NCBI GenBank assembly: GCA_045118155.1
Contig: JBGUXS010000078.1
Coordinates: 443 to 64,442 of the forward strand
Origin: Alphaproteobacteria bacterium
GTDB lineage: Bacteria; Pseudomonadota; Alphaproteobacteria; CAAHEQ01; UBA3637
Length of the DNA stretch: 64,000 nt
Direction: 5' to 3'
The translations under genes and the position numbers were made by a program. The notes under the pieces are model-generated. The model was given only the letters and a program-made list of their open reading frames with translations, made no database searches and had not been told where the DNA came from. Within the stretch, counting starts at the first letter, position 1. Each line of letters opens with the position of its first letter. Positions 37,051 to 48,430 of this stretch are shown here, in pieces.

Positions 37051-38126
37051 TTATGACTCCTTTTCAATACCCAAAGTTTTATTTTATCTTTCCACGAAAG
37101 GGGGACCCCTTGTTTCTTTTCCCCTAATTTTTGGATAAGAAGTTGCTGGCGTACCCAATCCAGCTTAGGCTGCGCCGGAGATCCCAAAACCGTCATACCT
37201 GCTGGGACATCCCGCATCACCCCAGATTGTGCCCCAATTTGCGCTCCTGTCCCAATATTTAAGTGTCCTGCAAAACCAACTTGTCCCCCAACGGTTACAA
37301 AATCACCAAATGTACAACTGCCCGCAATACCCACTTGTGCCACAATAACGCAACACCTTCCTAATTTTACGTTATGAGCAACTTGAACAAGATTATCAAT
37401 GCGTGTTCCAGAACCTATTTCTGTATCTCCCATAGCCCCGCGATCAACGGTGGTACAGGCGCCAATTTCAACATCATCTCCAATCTTAACGCGCCCCAAT
37501 TGAGGGCATTTTGTGGGACCAAATTTTGGGGACATCGCAAATCCAAAACCATCCTGCCCAATCATTGCCCCAGGATAAATATAAACTTTATTTCCCATAT
37601 CACAATGCGAAACAACCGCATTAGCCCCAATAATACACCCAGCCCCCATATGGACCCCAGCTTGAACAACGGCATTAGCTTGAATATGGCATCCTGAACC
37701 TATAACAGTATCCGCCCCCACAAAGGCCCCAGCATCAATTTGACATCCTTCCCCAATCTTGGCTGTGGGATCAATAAATGCCTTATCTGAAATTCCCGGA
37801 GTTATTGAATAAGGATAAAACGCCTGAGCTAACAAGCCATATGACCGATGAGGATCAACAGCTATTAAAGCTATGGTTCCTTCCGGCACCAAAGACAAAA
37901 ACTTTTCTGGGACAATCACCGCCCCAGCTTTTGTTTGTTTTAGGCTTTCTCGCACTGAAGGAATAAAGGCCCAGGAAACATCATCAGGGCCTGCTTCATC
38001 TAATGAAGCAACATCTTGCATAACCCTTCCCAAAGCATTGGTATCTGAAACTTTAACATCTGCGATACGGGCAACTTCTTCTAATGTAAAAGGACCCTTT
38101 TTATCAAAAAAACGTTTATCGGCCAT
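37047..38126 (-). CDS. lpxD: UDP-3-O-acylglucosamine N-acyltransferase
   Basis: LbH repeats. N-terminal [14 protein letters not shown]. Confidence 0.9.
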   Translation of the reverse strand: MADKRFFDKKGPFTLEEVARIADVKVSDTNALGRVMQDVASLDEAGPDDVSWAFIPSVRESLKQTKAGAVIVPEKFLSLVPEGTIALIAVDPHRSYGLLAQAFYPYSITPGISDKAFIDPTAKIGEGCQIDAGAFVGADTVIGSGCHIQANAVVQAGVHMGAGCIIGANAVVSHCDMGNKVYIYPGAMIGQDGFGFAMSPKFGPTKCPQLGRVKIGDDVEIGACTTVDRGAMGDTEIGSGTRIDNLVQVAHNVKLGRCCVIVAQVGIAGSCTFGDFVTVGGQVGFAGHLNIGTGAQIGAQSGVMRDVPAGMTVLGSPAQPKLDWVRQQLLIQKLGEKKQGVPLSWKDKIKLWVLKRSHK

Positions 38127-38140
38127 TTGTATTTTTATCC

Positions 38141-38713
38141 TTATGGTAAATGAAATTGCGTGGGATCAGGATAAACCACCTTAATTTCTTTTTTATTTAA
38201 AATTTTAATAACATCTTCTGTCATATCATAATGCTTTCCTGTATAAACCAATGTCCCCCGAAGCAAAATGATATCATACCCCTTTTTATCCCCGATCTCT
38301 CGGATAATATTTACCGCCGCTTCGTCCACTTCCTTGGAAGCAACTTGTGTGGCCTGCATAATACGTTGAGCCTCTTCTTGATAACGGGCTTGTAATTTTT
38401 CCATTTTCTTTTGCAAAGCCACTAATTTATCTTGGCTAGGCTTTTTACTCTTCCTTAAATCTTGTTCTTCTTTATCTAAAACCGCCTTTTCGGCCATTAA
38501 CTTTACTCGCCAAACATCTTCATATTTCTTTTGTTCCGCGGCAATTGTCTGATAAGCCTTTGCTTCATCCCGTAATTTTTGCCCATCCAAAATGCCAATC
38601 TTCATCCCACTTGGACGCATAAAAAGGAAAAGAATAAATGCCCCCAAGACAATTAAAATGATTTTGAAATAACGCCGAACAAATGGCAGAATTTTTTGTG
38701 CTGACTGTGTCAT
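38141..38713 (-). CDS. skp: periplasmic chaperone Skp/OmpH
   Basis: 190 aa, signal anchor, coiled-coil KE-rich body. Conserved position between bamA and lpxD. Confidence 0.8.
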   Translation of the reverse strand: MTQSAQKILPFVRRYFKIILIVLGAFILFLFMRPSGMKIGILDGQKLRDEAKAYQTIAAEQKKYEDVWRVKLMAEKAVLDKEEQDLRKSKKPSQDKLVALQKKMEKLQARYQEEAQRIMQATQVASKEVDEAAVNIIREIGDKKGYDIILLRGTLVYTGKHYDMTEDVIKILNKKEIKVVYPDPTQFHLP

Positions 38714-40977
38714 TAGAATCCCTTTCCAAAGTTTAACCTAAACACTCTGCGATTATCCTCTTTTGCTTTTTTGATTGGGAAAGCAAAATCAAGATTAATC
38801 GTTCCCATCGGGGATTGCCAAACAATCCCTGTTCCAACAGAAACACGAACATCATCAGAATATACCATTGTATTCGGGTCATAATCATCCGGTTTCCCTA
38901 AGATACCAGCGTCCGTAAACAATTTTCCTTTAATTCCAAGTTCTTTAGGAAGCCCTAGTGGGAATGTTAATTCCATAGAAGCTGTCGTATACCACAAGCC
39001 CCCTAAGAAGTCATCACCTTGTTTAGCACCAACACCACCATATTCAAACCCACGAAGTAATGAATCCCCTAAAATATACCGGTTATTGATACGGACTGAT
39101 TGCCCCCCCAATCCCCAAATTTTTCCTGCATCACCCCGTACAGAGAAAACAACATCGTCCATCACCGGGAAGTACCGGATTCCCATCACATTAACACGGA
39201 AGAATTTTGTATCTCCACCGACACCGGCAAAATCTGTGCCAATTGATGTATAATACCCTTGGGTCGGATCCATTTTATTATCTCGTTTATCATAATACAA
39301 TTCTTGGCCAATCATAGAAGTTGAATAAGAACCGGCTTGTCCTTTAATATAAAGTGAAGCATCTTCTTTAATATCAGTGACTTTATCTCGTTTTAATGTA
39401 TAGCGCACAACCTGTCCTAAATAGTCATTGTAATGCCACCCAAAAGATAAGACCCCACCAGTACTCCGTGATTTATAGGAACTGTAATCTTCATTATCTT
39501 CTGTTGTATGGAACAATGAGATTCCCGCTGAAACATTTTGATCCATAAAATAAGGATCACTTAGATTAATTTGATATTGGGTTTCACGTTGCGACCACAT
39601 AACATCAAATCCAGCGGTTTTACCTGTCCCTAAGATATTACGCTCTTGAATACCAGTTTCAAACAACATCCCATCATAAGATGACCATCCAATCCCAACA
39701 TTAAAGGCCCCTGTTGATTTTTCCACAACATCCAACATAACATCCGTTTTGGCGGCACTTCCTGAAACAGGAACAACCTTAAAATCGGCCTTTTCAAAAT
39801 ACCCTAAATTATCCACCCGTTGTTTAGATAGCTGAATACGGGCAGGACTGTATGCATCTCCTTCTTTGAATCTCAACTCACGCCGAACAACTTTATCCAA
39901 TGTCCGCGTATTTCCCCGAATGTCAATCCGGTTTACAAACACCTTTTCTCCTTCAGCAACATTGAAAACAACTTGAACCGTTCTGTCTGTCGGGTTTGTA
40001 TTCAACATGGGCTGTACATCAGCAAAAGCATACCCGGAATTTGAAAATTTATCTAACAAATTAGAGATACTGGCCTCTATTCTATCGGCATTGAACCAGT
40101 TTCCTTCTTCCACTTCCAACAAATCCATCAGTTCAGAAGTATCCCCTTGGTATTCCGGTAAATTAACTTGGATTTTGGGCTTTGCAAATTTATACCGTTC
40201 TCCTTCGGTAAGATCCATATTCACAATAAATGCTTGCCGATCAGGGGTTAATTCCGCCCATGCCTTATTCACTTTAAAATCAACATATCCATGGTTCAAA
40301 TAAAACCGCCGTAATGCTTCTTGGTCATAATTCAACCGATCTGGGTCATATGTATCTGTAGAGGCAAAAAAACGGTACCAAGCGTATTCTTTACTAATCA
40401 AAGCGGCTTTTAAATCATCTGCTTTATAGGCCTTATTTCCAATGAAGTTTATTTTTTTAATAAACGTTTGATCCCCTTCGGTAATTTCATAGATAACATC
40501 TACCCTATTTTCATCTTTCTTAATAATTTTAGGAACAATTGTGGCCCCATAACGACCATGGCGTTGATATAACTGTAACATCCGTTCCACGTCATTTTGC
40601 ATTTTAGCCTTTGTCCAAACAGCCCGCGGTTTTAATGAAATTTCTGGACGTAACATCGTATCTTCTAGCTTTCGGTTCCCTTCAAAGAAGAGCTCATTGA
40701 CAATAGGATTTTCCTGAACTTGAACCCTAGCAATCCCTTGATTCATCGTTACTTTTACTTCAGAAAAAAGGCCTGTATCAAATAATGTCTTAACGGCCTC
40801 GTCTAAATCCGAACTTGATAGCACTTTGCCCTTTTGCCAATTTAAATAGTTCATAATTGTTGCATCTTCTATTCTATTAGTTCCCGTAATAGAAACCGCA
40901 TTCAAAACCTGATCAGCGAAGACCGAAGTTGATAACAATAAACTAGAACAAACAAAAGTGTAATACAGTTTTTTCAT
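38713..40977 (-). CDS. bamA: outer-membrane protein assembly factor BamA
   Basis: Signal peptide MKKLYYTFVCSSLLLSTSVFA, POTRA repeats, C-terminal beta-barrel ...FRLNFGKGF. Start set at MKKLYY; the track extends 28 codons further. Confidence 0.9.
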   Translation of the reverse strand: MKKLYYTFVCSSLLLSTSVFADQVLNAVSITGTNRIEDATIMNYLNWQKGKVLSSSDLDEAVKTLFDTGLFSEVKVTMNQGIARVQVQENPIVNELFFEGNRKLEDTMLRPEISLKPRAVWTKAKMQNDVERMLQLYQRHGRYGATIVPKIIKKDENRVDVIYEITEGDQTFIKKINFIGNKAYKADDLKAALISKEYAWYRFFASTDTYDPDRLNYDQEALRRFYLNHGYVDFKVNKAWAELTPDRQAFIVNMDLTEGERYKFAKPKIQVNLPEYQGDTSELMDLLEVEEGNWFNADRIEASISNLLDKFSNSGYAFADVQPMLNTNPTDRTVQVVFNVAEGEKVFVNRIDIRGNTRTLDKVVRRELRFKEGDAYSPARIQLSKQRVDNLGYFEKADFKVVPVSGSAAKTDVMLDVVEKSTGAFNVGIGWSSYDGMLFETGIQERNILGTGKTAGFDVMWSQRETQYQINLSDPYFMDQNVSAGISLFHTTEDNEDYSSYKSRSTGGVLSFGWHYNDYLGQVVRYTLKRDKVTDIKEDASLYIKGQAGSYSTSMIGQELYYDKRDNKMDPTQGYYTSIGTDFAGVGGDTKFFRVNVMGIRYFPVMDDVVFSVRGDAGKIWGLGGQSVRINNRYILGDSLLRGFEYGGVGAKQGDDFLGGLWYTTASMELTFPLGLPKELGIKGKLFTDAGILGKPDDYDPNTMVYSDDVRVSVGTGIVWQSPMGTINLDFAFPIKKAKEDNRRVFRLNFGKGF

Positions 40978-42068
40978 CCAAAAATCCTTTGCACAATTCG
41001 TGGTATATCTAATACCAGAGTAAACACAAGAAGTCCCCCTAACACAGCACAACCTACCCAAACAAGTACTGTCTGTAAGCGAACCGACACAGAACGACCT
41101 GTCAGCCCTTCCACAAGATACATTGCAAGATGTCCCCCATCCAACAATGGTATCGGTAATAAATTCATAAAACCAACTGCAATTGAAATATTAACAATAA
41201 ACAATAAAAGGGTTAATCCCCCACCTAATAAAGCATCCCCAGAAGCTTCAGCAATTCCCAACGGACCCCGCATTTCTTTTGCTGAACGTTTATGTAAAAT
41301 CATTTGTTTTAAATAAACAACCATATCCCATGTTGTCTGTCCTATAATCTGTCCTGAACGTCCTAAAGCCGCCAGCAAAGAAAACTTCTTTTGGCCAATT
41401 TCAACCTTAGGGGATGACTTAATTCCCAACATAGGGGTTCCTTCAACTTCTTCAAGTTTCGGGATGATAATGTCTTCTATTTTTCCTTCCCGCTGAACTT
41501 GAATAGCTAGCGGTTGCCCTTTTTCTTGTGCCAAAACAAAACGTAAAATATCCCGATAGCTTTCAACCCCTTTTTGATTCATTGTCAAAATACGATCCCC
41601 AGAAACAATCCCCGCCCGTTCAGCCGGCAACCCTGGCATCACTTCTCCAACAACAGGGGGAACAATTGCTTCCCCAATACACAAGAGCATCCCAGCCAAT
41701 ACAATCCACGCAAAAAAGTAATTCATCCCTGGTCCCGCCGCAATAATCAGTGCCCGTTGCCACCGGGGTTTAGATAAGAACATCTTTTTACGTTCAGACG
41801 CGGGAATTTTGGTATCTTTTTGGGTCATACTGGCCGCATCCCCGTCCCCTAACATCTTCACATATCCCCCTAGAGGAATCGCCCCGATTTTCCAAAGAGT
41901 TCCCTTCTTGTCTTTTCTGGAAAACAATGTCTTTCCAAATCCAATGGAAAATTCCTCAACCTGAACACCACAGCATCGGGCCACAAAAAAATGTCCCCCT
42001 TCATGAACAAGGACAATGATAGATAAGACAACAACAAAAGCCGTGAGATAAATACAGGCTTGTATCAT
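40974..42068 (-). CDS. rseP: RIP zinc metalloprotease RseP
   Basis: HEGGHFFVAR (HExxH), LGGYVKM, PDZ domain. Start probably MIQACI (ATGA overlap with cdsA); the track start is 42092. Confidence 0.88.
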   Translation of the reverse strand: MIQACIYLTAFVVVLSIIVLVHEGGHFFVARCCGVQVEEFSIGFGKTLFSRKDKKGTLWKIGAIPLGGYVKMLGDGDAASMTQKDTKIPASERKKMFLSKPRWQRALIIAAGPGMNYFFAWIVLAGMLLCIGEAIVPPVVGEVMPGLPAERAGIVSGDRILTMNQKGVESYRDILRFVLAQEKGQPLAIQVQREGKIEDIIIPKLEEVEGTPMLGIKSSPKVEIGQKKFSLLAALGRSGQIIGQTTWDMVVYLKQMILHKRSAKEMRGPLGIAEASGDALLGGGLTLLLFIVNISIAVGFMNLLPIPLLDGGHLAMYLVEGLTGRSVSVRLQTVLVWVGCAVLGGLLVFTLVLDIPRIVQRIFG

Positions 42069-42898
42069 GAAAACCACCCCTGCGTAAAGCACAACACAAA
42101 CAGTGCCAATCCCATTGCAGCAAACAACAATCCATCCACTCTATCAAACAACCCCCCATGCCCTGGGATTAAATTACTAGAATCTTTTAAATCTAATTGA
42201 CGCTTAATAAATGATTCAAAAAAGTCCCCAACTTGGGAAACGACCGCCAAAATACCGGCAGATATAGTCAACAATGTCCGCCATGGAATATTGACCGTTC
42301 CTTCTTGTGGATCATTCCCCATCCACAGGGCAAACAGAAAAGCCACCAGCATAGCAAATCCAACCCCACCGATAAGTCCAGACCACGTTTTATTCGGGCT
42401 AATCCGGGGACAAATCTTAGGCCCTTTTACTGTCGTCCCCACAAGGTAAGCCCCTATATCTGTTGCCCAAACCACAAAAAACAACCATAAAACAATATCC
42501 CGAGAAATCGATCCTTCAATGAAGTATAAATAGCTCAATGACACCACCGGAAGACAAATATAAGGCACCCCAAAAGCTAGCGCAATATTGAAACGGGATT
42601 TCCAAAAGATAAAGGCCGTTGATAACCCAACAACCCAAAGGGCAAATGAAGGATTATCTGGGGTCAAAAAGGCGCATAAACATACACTTAAAGTCATCAG
42701 TAATGCATTAATCGTAATGTTTCTGGAAATCATGTGTTCCCATTCCCAACACAACCCCGTTCCTAAAACAGCAAGTAAAATGGAATATGCCGGAATAGAA
42801 AAGTTTTCATAAATGGGTTTTCCAAACCAAACAATAGCCACCACCATAGGTGCTAGCACAAAAGAAGAGATAATACGTTTTGCAAGTTGAGAATTCAT
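42065..42898 (-). CDS. cdsA: phosphatidate cytidylyltransferase
   Basis: CTP_transf_1 C-terminal motif SFIKRQLDLKDSSNLIPGHGGLFDRVDGLLF. Start taken at MNSQLAKRIIS; the track ORF is over-extended to 43048. Confidence 0.88.
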   Translation of the reverse strand: MNSQLAKRIISSFVLAPMVVAIVWFGKPIYENFSIPAYSILLAVLGTGLCWEWEHMISRNITINALLMTLSVCLCAFLTPDNPSFALWVVGLSTAFIFWKSRFNIALAFGVPYICLPVVSLSYLYFIEGSISRDIVLWLFFVVWATDIGAYLVGTTVKGPKICPRISPNKTWSGLIGGVGFAMLVAFLFALWMGNDPQEGTVNIPWRTLLTISAGILAVVSQVGDFFESFIKRQLDLKDSSNLIPGHGGLFDRVDGLLFAAMGLALFVLCFTQGWFS

Positions 42899-43050
42899 TT
42901 TCAATCCTTTTCCTGTTTTGCGGATTTTCGCAGATTTACACGCCCTTGTCAAATATTTTTTATCCTTAAAAAGAAATGCCATTTTTTTTAAAAAAACTGT
43001 TGTCTTTTTACGAAAAGAAGTATATGAATGGTTTAATACTAGAAACATGA

Positions 43051-44112
<1,062 letters not shown>

Positions 44113-44120
44113 GAGGGTTC

Positions 44121-44972
44121 ATGGAAAACAGGGCTTTTCGTGTAAAACGGATGCGGGCGCAACTAAAACGGTTTGCGCCTGTCCTGTTTTTAATGATCGC
44201 CCTTTTTTCACTTTGGTTTGCAAAAAGTTCTTTGCCCGCGGTTGAATACGCGCGGCGTTGGACACTAAATACTGTCACCCCGGTATGGGCTGTTATCATA
44301 ACTCCTTTAAATTGGATTAACGCAGGGATTGATCATATCCAAGATTTCTTCCTAACTTATCTTGAAAATGACAAATTAAAACAAGAAAATGCGACGTTAA
44401 AGCAAAATATGGTTTTATTTGACTATCTAAAAATGGAAAATGAACGTTTGAAAAAACAGTATCATTATATTGATCTACCCATTGTTTCTATCGTATCAGC
44501 ACCGGTTCTTTCTTCTGAAACAGAAAAAGCACAAACCCTTTTAACCCCTGCTGGGACAAAAGACGGAATAAAAAAAGGATTTGTGGCGCTTTCCCCTCAA
44601 GGACTTGTCGGACGTGTTCTGTCCACGGGTTATGGATACAGTCGTATTTTATTACTAACTGATTTAACATCACGTATTCCCGTTATGGTGGGGCCACAAC
44701 GTTTTTTAGCTCTAGCCATTGGAACAGATGAAGATACATTAACCCTAACGGCGTTACCCGATGACGTATGCTACAATATTGGGGATGAAGTTTTAACATC
44801 AGGACATGGGGGTGTTTTCCCCGCCGGCTTGCGGGTTGGAACCATTGTTGATATTCAAGAAGACATTATTACCGTTCGTCCTACTTTCTCAAAAGAACAG
44901 GTTGAAACAATCCAACTTATTGATTTTGGTTTAACAGGATTACTATCCGAAGCCACATCATGTCAGGAGTAA
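44121..44972 (+). CDS. mreC: rod shape-determining protein MreC
   Basis: Coiled-coil N-terminus, then MreC beta domains. Conserved position. Confidence 0.85.
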   Translation: MENRAFRVKRMRAQLKRFAPVLFLMIALFSLWFAKSSLPAVEYARRWTLNTVTPVWAVIITPLNWINAGIDHIQDFFLTYLENDKLKQENATLKQNMVLFDYLKMENERLKKQYHYIDLPIVSIVSAPVLSSETEKAQTLLTPAGTKDGIKKGFVALSPQGLVGRVLSTGYGYSRILLLTDLTSRIPVMVGPQRFLALAIGTDEDTLTLTALPDDVCYNIGDEVLTSGHGGVFPAGLRVGTIVDIQEDIITVRPTFSKEQVETIQLIDFGLTGLLSEATSCQE

Positions 44973-45472
44973 GCATGCAAGCGCATCCTTGGTATGTTCA
45001 AAAAACTTTTTTACCCCTTCTAGGATGTTTATTCATTTTGTTACAACATGTCAATGGCTTTCATACAATTCCTGTTATGCCGACTATGATTTTCTTTTTT
45101 GCCTTATTTAACCCACCCCTTTTGCCTTTACTAACTGTTGTTGTTTTAGGAATTTTTGCAGACTTAATAGCTTCTAACTTTTTTGGGCTAAATACTTTTA
45201 TTTTTGTTTTTATTTTTTTTGCAGCAAACTTTTTCAAACGCTTTTTAAGCGATTTAAGTTTTTGGGGAATTTGGACTTTTTTCACCCTATTAAATGGCCT
45301 TATTTTTACGTTTAACGCCTTCATTTTTCTTCTTTCTTTTAATCACTTTCCGATTCTTCCATTCCTTCAAGAATGGATAGCATCCTGTTTCTTTTTCCCG
45401 ATATTCATGTTAATGTGTAATCGTTGCAATACTTGGCTAACTGGGGGGGATTATGATCGCTTGGAAGTATGA
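44960..45472 (+). CDS. mreD: rod shape-determining protein MreD
   Basis: 170-aa polytopic membrane protein following mreC. Confidence 0.75.
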   Translation: MSGVSMQAHPWYVQKTFLPLLGCLFILLQHVNGFHTIPVMPTMIFFFALFNPPLLPLLTVVVLGIFADLIASNFFGLNTFIFVFIFFAANFFKRFLSDLSFWGIWTFFTLLNGLIFTFNAFIFLLSFNHFPILPFLQEWIASCFFFPIFMLMCNRCNTWLTGGDYDRLEV

Positions 45473-47267
45473 AAAAGCGCAAGTCATTTTGCACCGTTTA
45501 GTTGCATTAGCGTGCATATTTTTCCTCATTTTTGTCATTTTGGTTTTACGTCTTTGTTATTTACAAATTTTTCAAGGCGAAAAATTTAAATTGCTTGCAG
45601 ATAAAAATCGCATTTCCGTTCGCGCAACCTTACCAATCCGTGGGACCATCTATGATCGGAACGGAATAAAGTTGGCAGAAAACAAAAAAAATTTTCGGGC
45701 AATTTTTATTCGTGAAGGCATCAAGAACTATAAGAAAGTTTTGGATAAATTTTCCTTACTCGTTTCTTTAAGCACAGAAGAACGGGCCCACATAGAAAAA
45801 GAATTAAAAAAGGTGCGGCCCTTTATGCCAGTTATGTTAAAAGATAATCTATCCTATCAGGAAATTGCCGCCTTAAGCTTAAACGCTCCTGACCTCCCTG
45901 GTATTCAGTTAGAAGAAGGGTTAACGCGGGTTTACCCCTTTGCTGAAAATACAGCACATGTTTTGGGATATTTGTCTATTCCCAGTGAAGATGATCTAAA
46001 AGAAAATGAACTTTTAAGTACTTTAACGGGTTATAAAATTGGATCCACTGGGATGGAAAAAGTTCTAGAAAACCACTTAATGGGCACCCCTGGTCTTTTA
46101 AAATCAGAAATCAATGCTTATGGACGCACAGTTCGTATTCTAGAAAAGGTCCCCCCCTTAGCTGGGGAAAATATTATGTTAACACTTGATGCACGTTTAC
46201 AACAATATGGGCTAGATGTATTTGGGGAACAAGCGGGTTCTGCTATTGTCATGGATATCCATACTGGGGAAATCTTAATGCTAATTTCGGCCCCTAGTTT
46301 TGATCCCAACTTATTTTTAATGCCCGTTTCCAGTAAAGATTGGACCGCGTTAAATACAAATAAGAAAAAACCTCTCACGAATAAAGCCCTCAGTGGCACT
46401 TATTCCCCAGGATCTATTTTTAAAATAGTAGTGGCTTTGGCTGGTTTAGAAAGTGGGGATATTAAATTAAATGAAAAAGAATATTGTTCGGGAAAAGTAA
46501 AATTGGGTCAACGCACTTTCCACTGTTGGAAAGAACATGGTCATGGAAATTTGGATGTCATCGGGGCACTCCGGGAATCTTGCGACGTCTTCTTTTATAA
46601 AAAAGCTCAAGAAATCGGGGTGGATAAAATTGTTGAAACAGCTCATAAACTTGGATTTGGAGAATTAACTGGCATTGAATTAATTGGTGAAAAAAAGGGA
46701 TTATTACCATCTAGGCAATGGAAGCAGGCGGTTAAAAAAGATGGATGGCGCATGGGGGATACCTTTAATTTAAGCATTGGACAAGGTTTCTTAAGTGCCA
46801 CCCCCCTACAAATGCTTCAAGCGGCTTCCATTATTGCAGCAGATGGGGTGAAGGTCCAACCTCATCTTTTAAAAACAAGTACACCATTCCCAGTACAAGA
46901 AGTCCCTTTTAAAAAAGATCATTTAGCTATTGTGCGCAAAGGGATGAACGAAGTTGTAAATGACCCGCATGGAACGGCCCATCGTTCAGCTTTTAATTTG
47001 GATGGGTTAAAAATGGCAGGGAAAACCGCTAGTACCCAAGTACGGGGAATCTCTTTAAAAGAACGTTTAGAAGGGGTAAAAAAACAAGAGGAACTGCCAT
47101 GGGAATATCGTGACCACGGGATGTTTGTTGCTTTTGCCCCAACAGATAATCCCCGTTATGCCGCTATTGTCGTCGTTGAACATGGGGGGGGAGGTTCCAA
47201 AGCAGCCGCCCCAATTGCTTCTAAACTTTTGAAAAAAGTATTACAGTTAGAAAAAGGACAAAACTGA
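45453..47267 (+). CDS. mrdA: penicillin-binding protein 2 (elongasome transpeptidase)
   Basis: PBP dimerisation and transpeptidase domains. SIFK (SxxK) and KTAS (KTG-like) motifs. Confidence 0.9.
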   Translation: MIAWKYEKAQVILHRLVALACIFFLIFVILVLRLCYLQIFQGEKFKLLADKNRISVRATLPIRGTIYDRNGIKLAENKKNFRAIFIREGIKNYKKVLDKFSLLVSLSTEERAHIEKELKKVRPFMPVMLKDNLSYQEIAALSLNAPDLPGIQLEEGLTRVYPFAENTAHVLGYLSIPSEDDLKENELLSTLTGYKIGSTGMEKVLENHLMGTPGLLKSEINAYGRTVRILEKVPPLAGENIMLTLDARLQQYGLDVFGEQAGSAIVMDIHTGEILMLISAPSFDPNLFLMPVSSKDWTALNTNKKKPLTNKALSGTYSPGSIFKIVVALAGLESGDIKLNEKEYCSGKVKLGQRTFHCWKEHGHGNLDVIGALRESCDVFFYKKAQEIGVDKIVETAHKLGFGELTGIELIGEKKGLLPSRQWKQAVKKDGWRMGDTFNLSIGQGFLSATPLQMLQAASIIAADGVKVQPHLLKTSTPFPVQEVPFKKDHLAIVRKGMNEVVNDPHGTAHRSAFNLDGLKMAGKTASTQVRGISLKERLEGVKKQEELPWEYRDHGMFVAFAPTDNPRYAAIVVVEHGGGGSKAAAPIASKLLKKVLQLEKGQN

Positions 47268-48430
47268 TGGGCTTTTTTAGGGAACGAAACTGTTATTTAA
47301 AAGATTACAATTTATCTTTTAAGGATAAATGTAAACGATTCAGTTTTATATTTACATTTTATATTTTTTGTGTGGTTGGAATAGGTTTAGGTATTCTTTA
47401 TTCTGTTGGTGGGGGTAATTGGTCTCCATGGGCCCTCAAACAACTTATGCGTTTTTTGTTGGGACTTGCGCTTTATTTAATAATCGCTTTTACAAATTTA
47501 CGCATGTGGATGAAATATGCTTACTGGATTTATGGGATTACTTTGGCATTACTTGTCGGGGTAGAAGTTATGGGGACTATCGGAATGGGCGCCCAACGAT
47601 GGTTGGATTTAGGGGTATTTCAATTACAACCTTCAGAACTAATGAAAATAACACTTATTTTAGCATTGGCCAGGTATTTTCACGGAGCCGGCCTAGAAGA
47701 TATCCGAACTATCCGTTCGGCTTTAATTCCCATTGGCATGATTCTTGTTCCAACGGCTTTGATTTTAAAACAACCTGATTTGGGGACAGCCCTTATGTTG
47801 ATTTTTGCTGGTAGCATGATGTTATTTTTAGCCGGTGTTCAGATTTGGAAATTTATTTGTGTCGGGATTTTAGGGGCAACATCTGTTCCTATTTTATGGT
47901 CTTTTTTACACGATTATCAAAAACAACGCGTTTTAACCTTTTTAAATCCCGAAAAAGATCCGCTAGGGGCTGGATATCACATCATGCAATCAAAAATTGC
48001 TTTAGGATCCGGGGGACTTTGGGGAAAAGGTTTTCTAGAAGGCACTCAAAGCCGCTTAAATTTCTTACCCGAAAAACAAACCGATTTTATTTTTACCGTT
48101 TTATCTGAAGAATTTGGGTTTGTAGGATCTATGATTTTATTAGCCCTATTTGCCCTTATTATTTTATATGGTTTTATTATTACTGTACGATGTACTAATT
48201 TTTTTGGGAAATTTTTAGCTTTTGGATTAACCGCAAATTTTGCTTTGTATATTTTTATTAATGTCGGTATGGTCATGGGGTTATTACCGGTTGTAGGCGT
48301 TCCCTTACCACTTGTTTCTTACGGGGGAACCGCCATGTTAACCTTAATGATGGGCTTTGGGTTAATTCAGTGTGTTCATATCAACAGCGACATGGAAATA
48401 GGACGACGAGGATCCATTGATGATGAATGA
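47267..48430 (+). CDS. mrdB: rod shape-determining protein RodA (SEDS family)
   Basis: FtsW/RodA 10-TM pattern. ATGA overlap with mrdA. Confidence 0.9.
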   Translation: MGFFRERNCYLKDYNLSFKDKCKRFSFIFTFYIFCVVGIGLGILYSVGGGNWSPWALKQLMRFLLGLALYLIIAFTNLRMWMKYAYWIYGITLALLVGVEVMGTIGMGAQRWLDLGVFQLQPSELMKITLILALARYFHGAGLEDIRTIRSALIPIGMILVPTALILKQPDLGTALMLIFAGSMMLFLAGVQIWKFICVGILGATSVPILWSFLHDYQKQRVLTFLNPEKDPLGAGYHIMQSKIALGSGGLWGKGFLEGTQSRLNFLPEKQTDFIFTVLSEEFGFVGSMILLALFALIILYGFIITVRCTNFFGKFLAFGLTANFALYIFINVGMVMGLLPVVGVPLPLVSYGGTAMLTLMMGFGLIQCVHINSDMEIGRRGSIDDE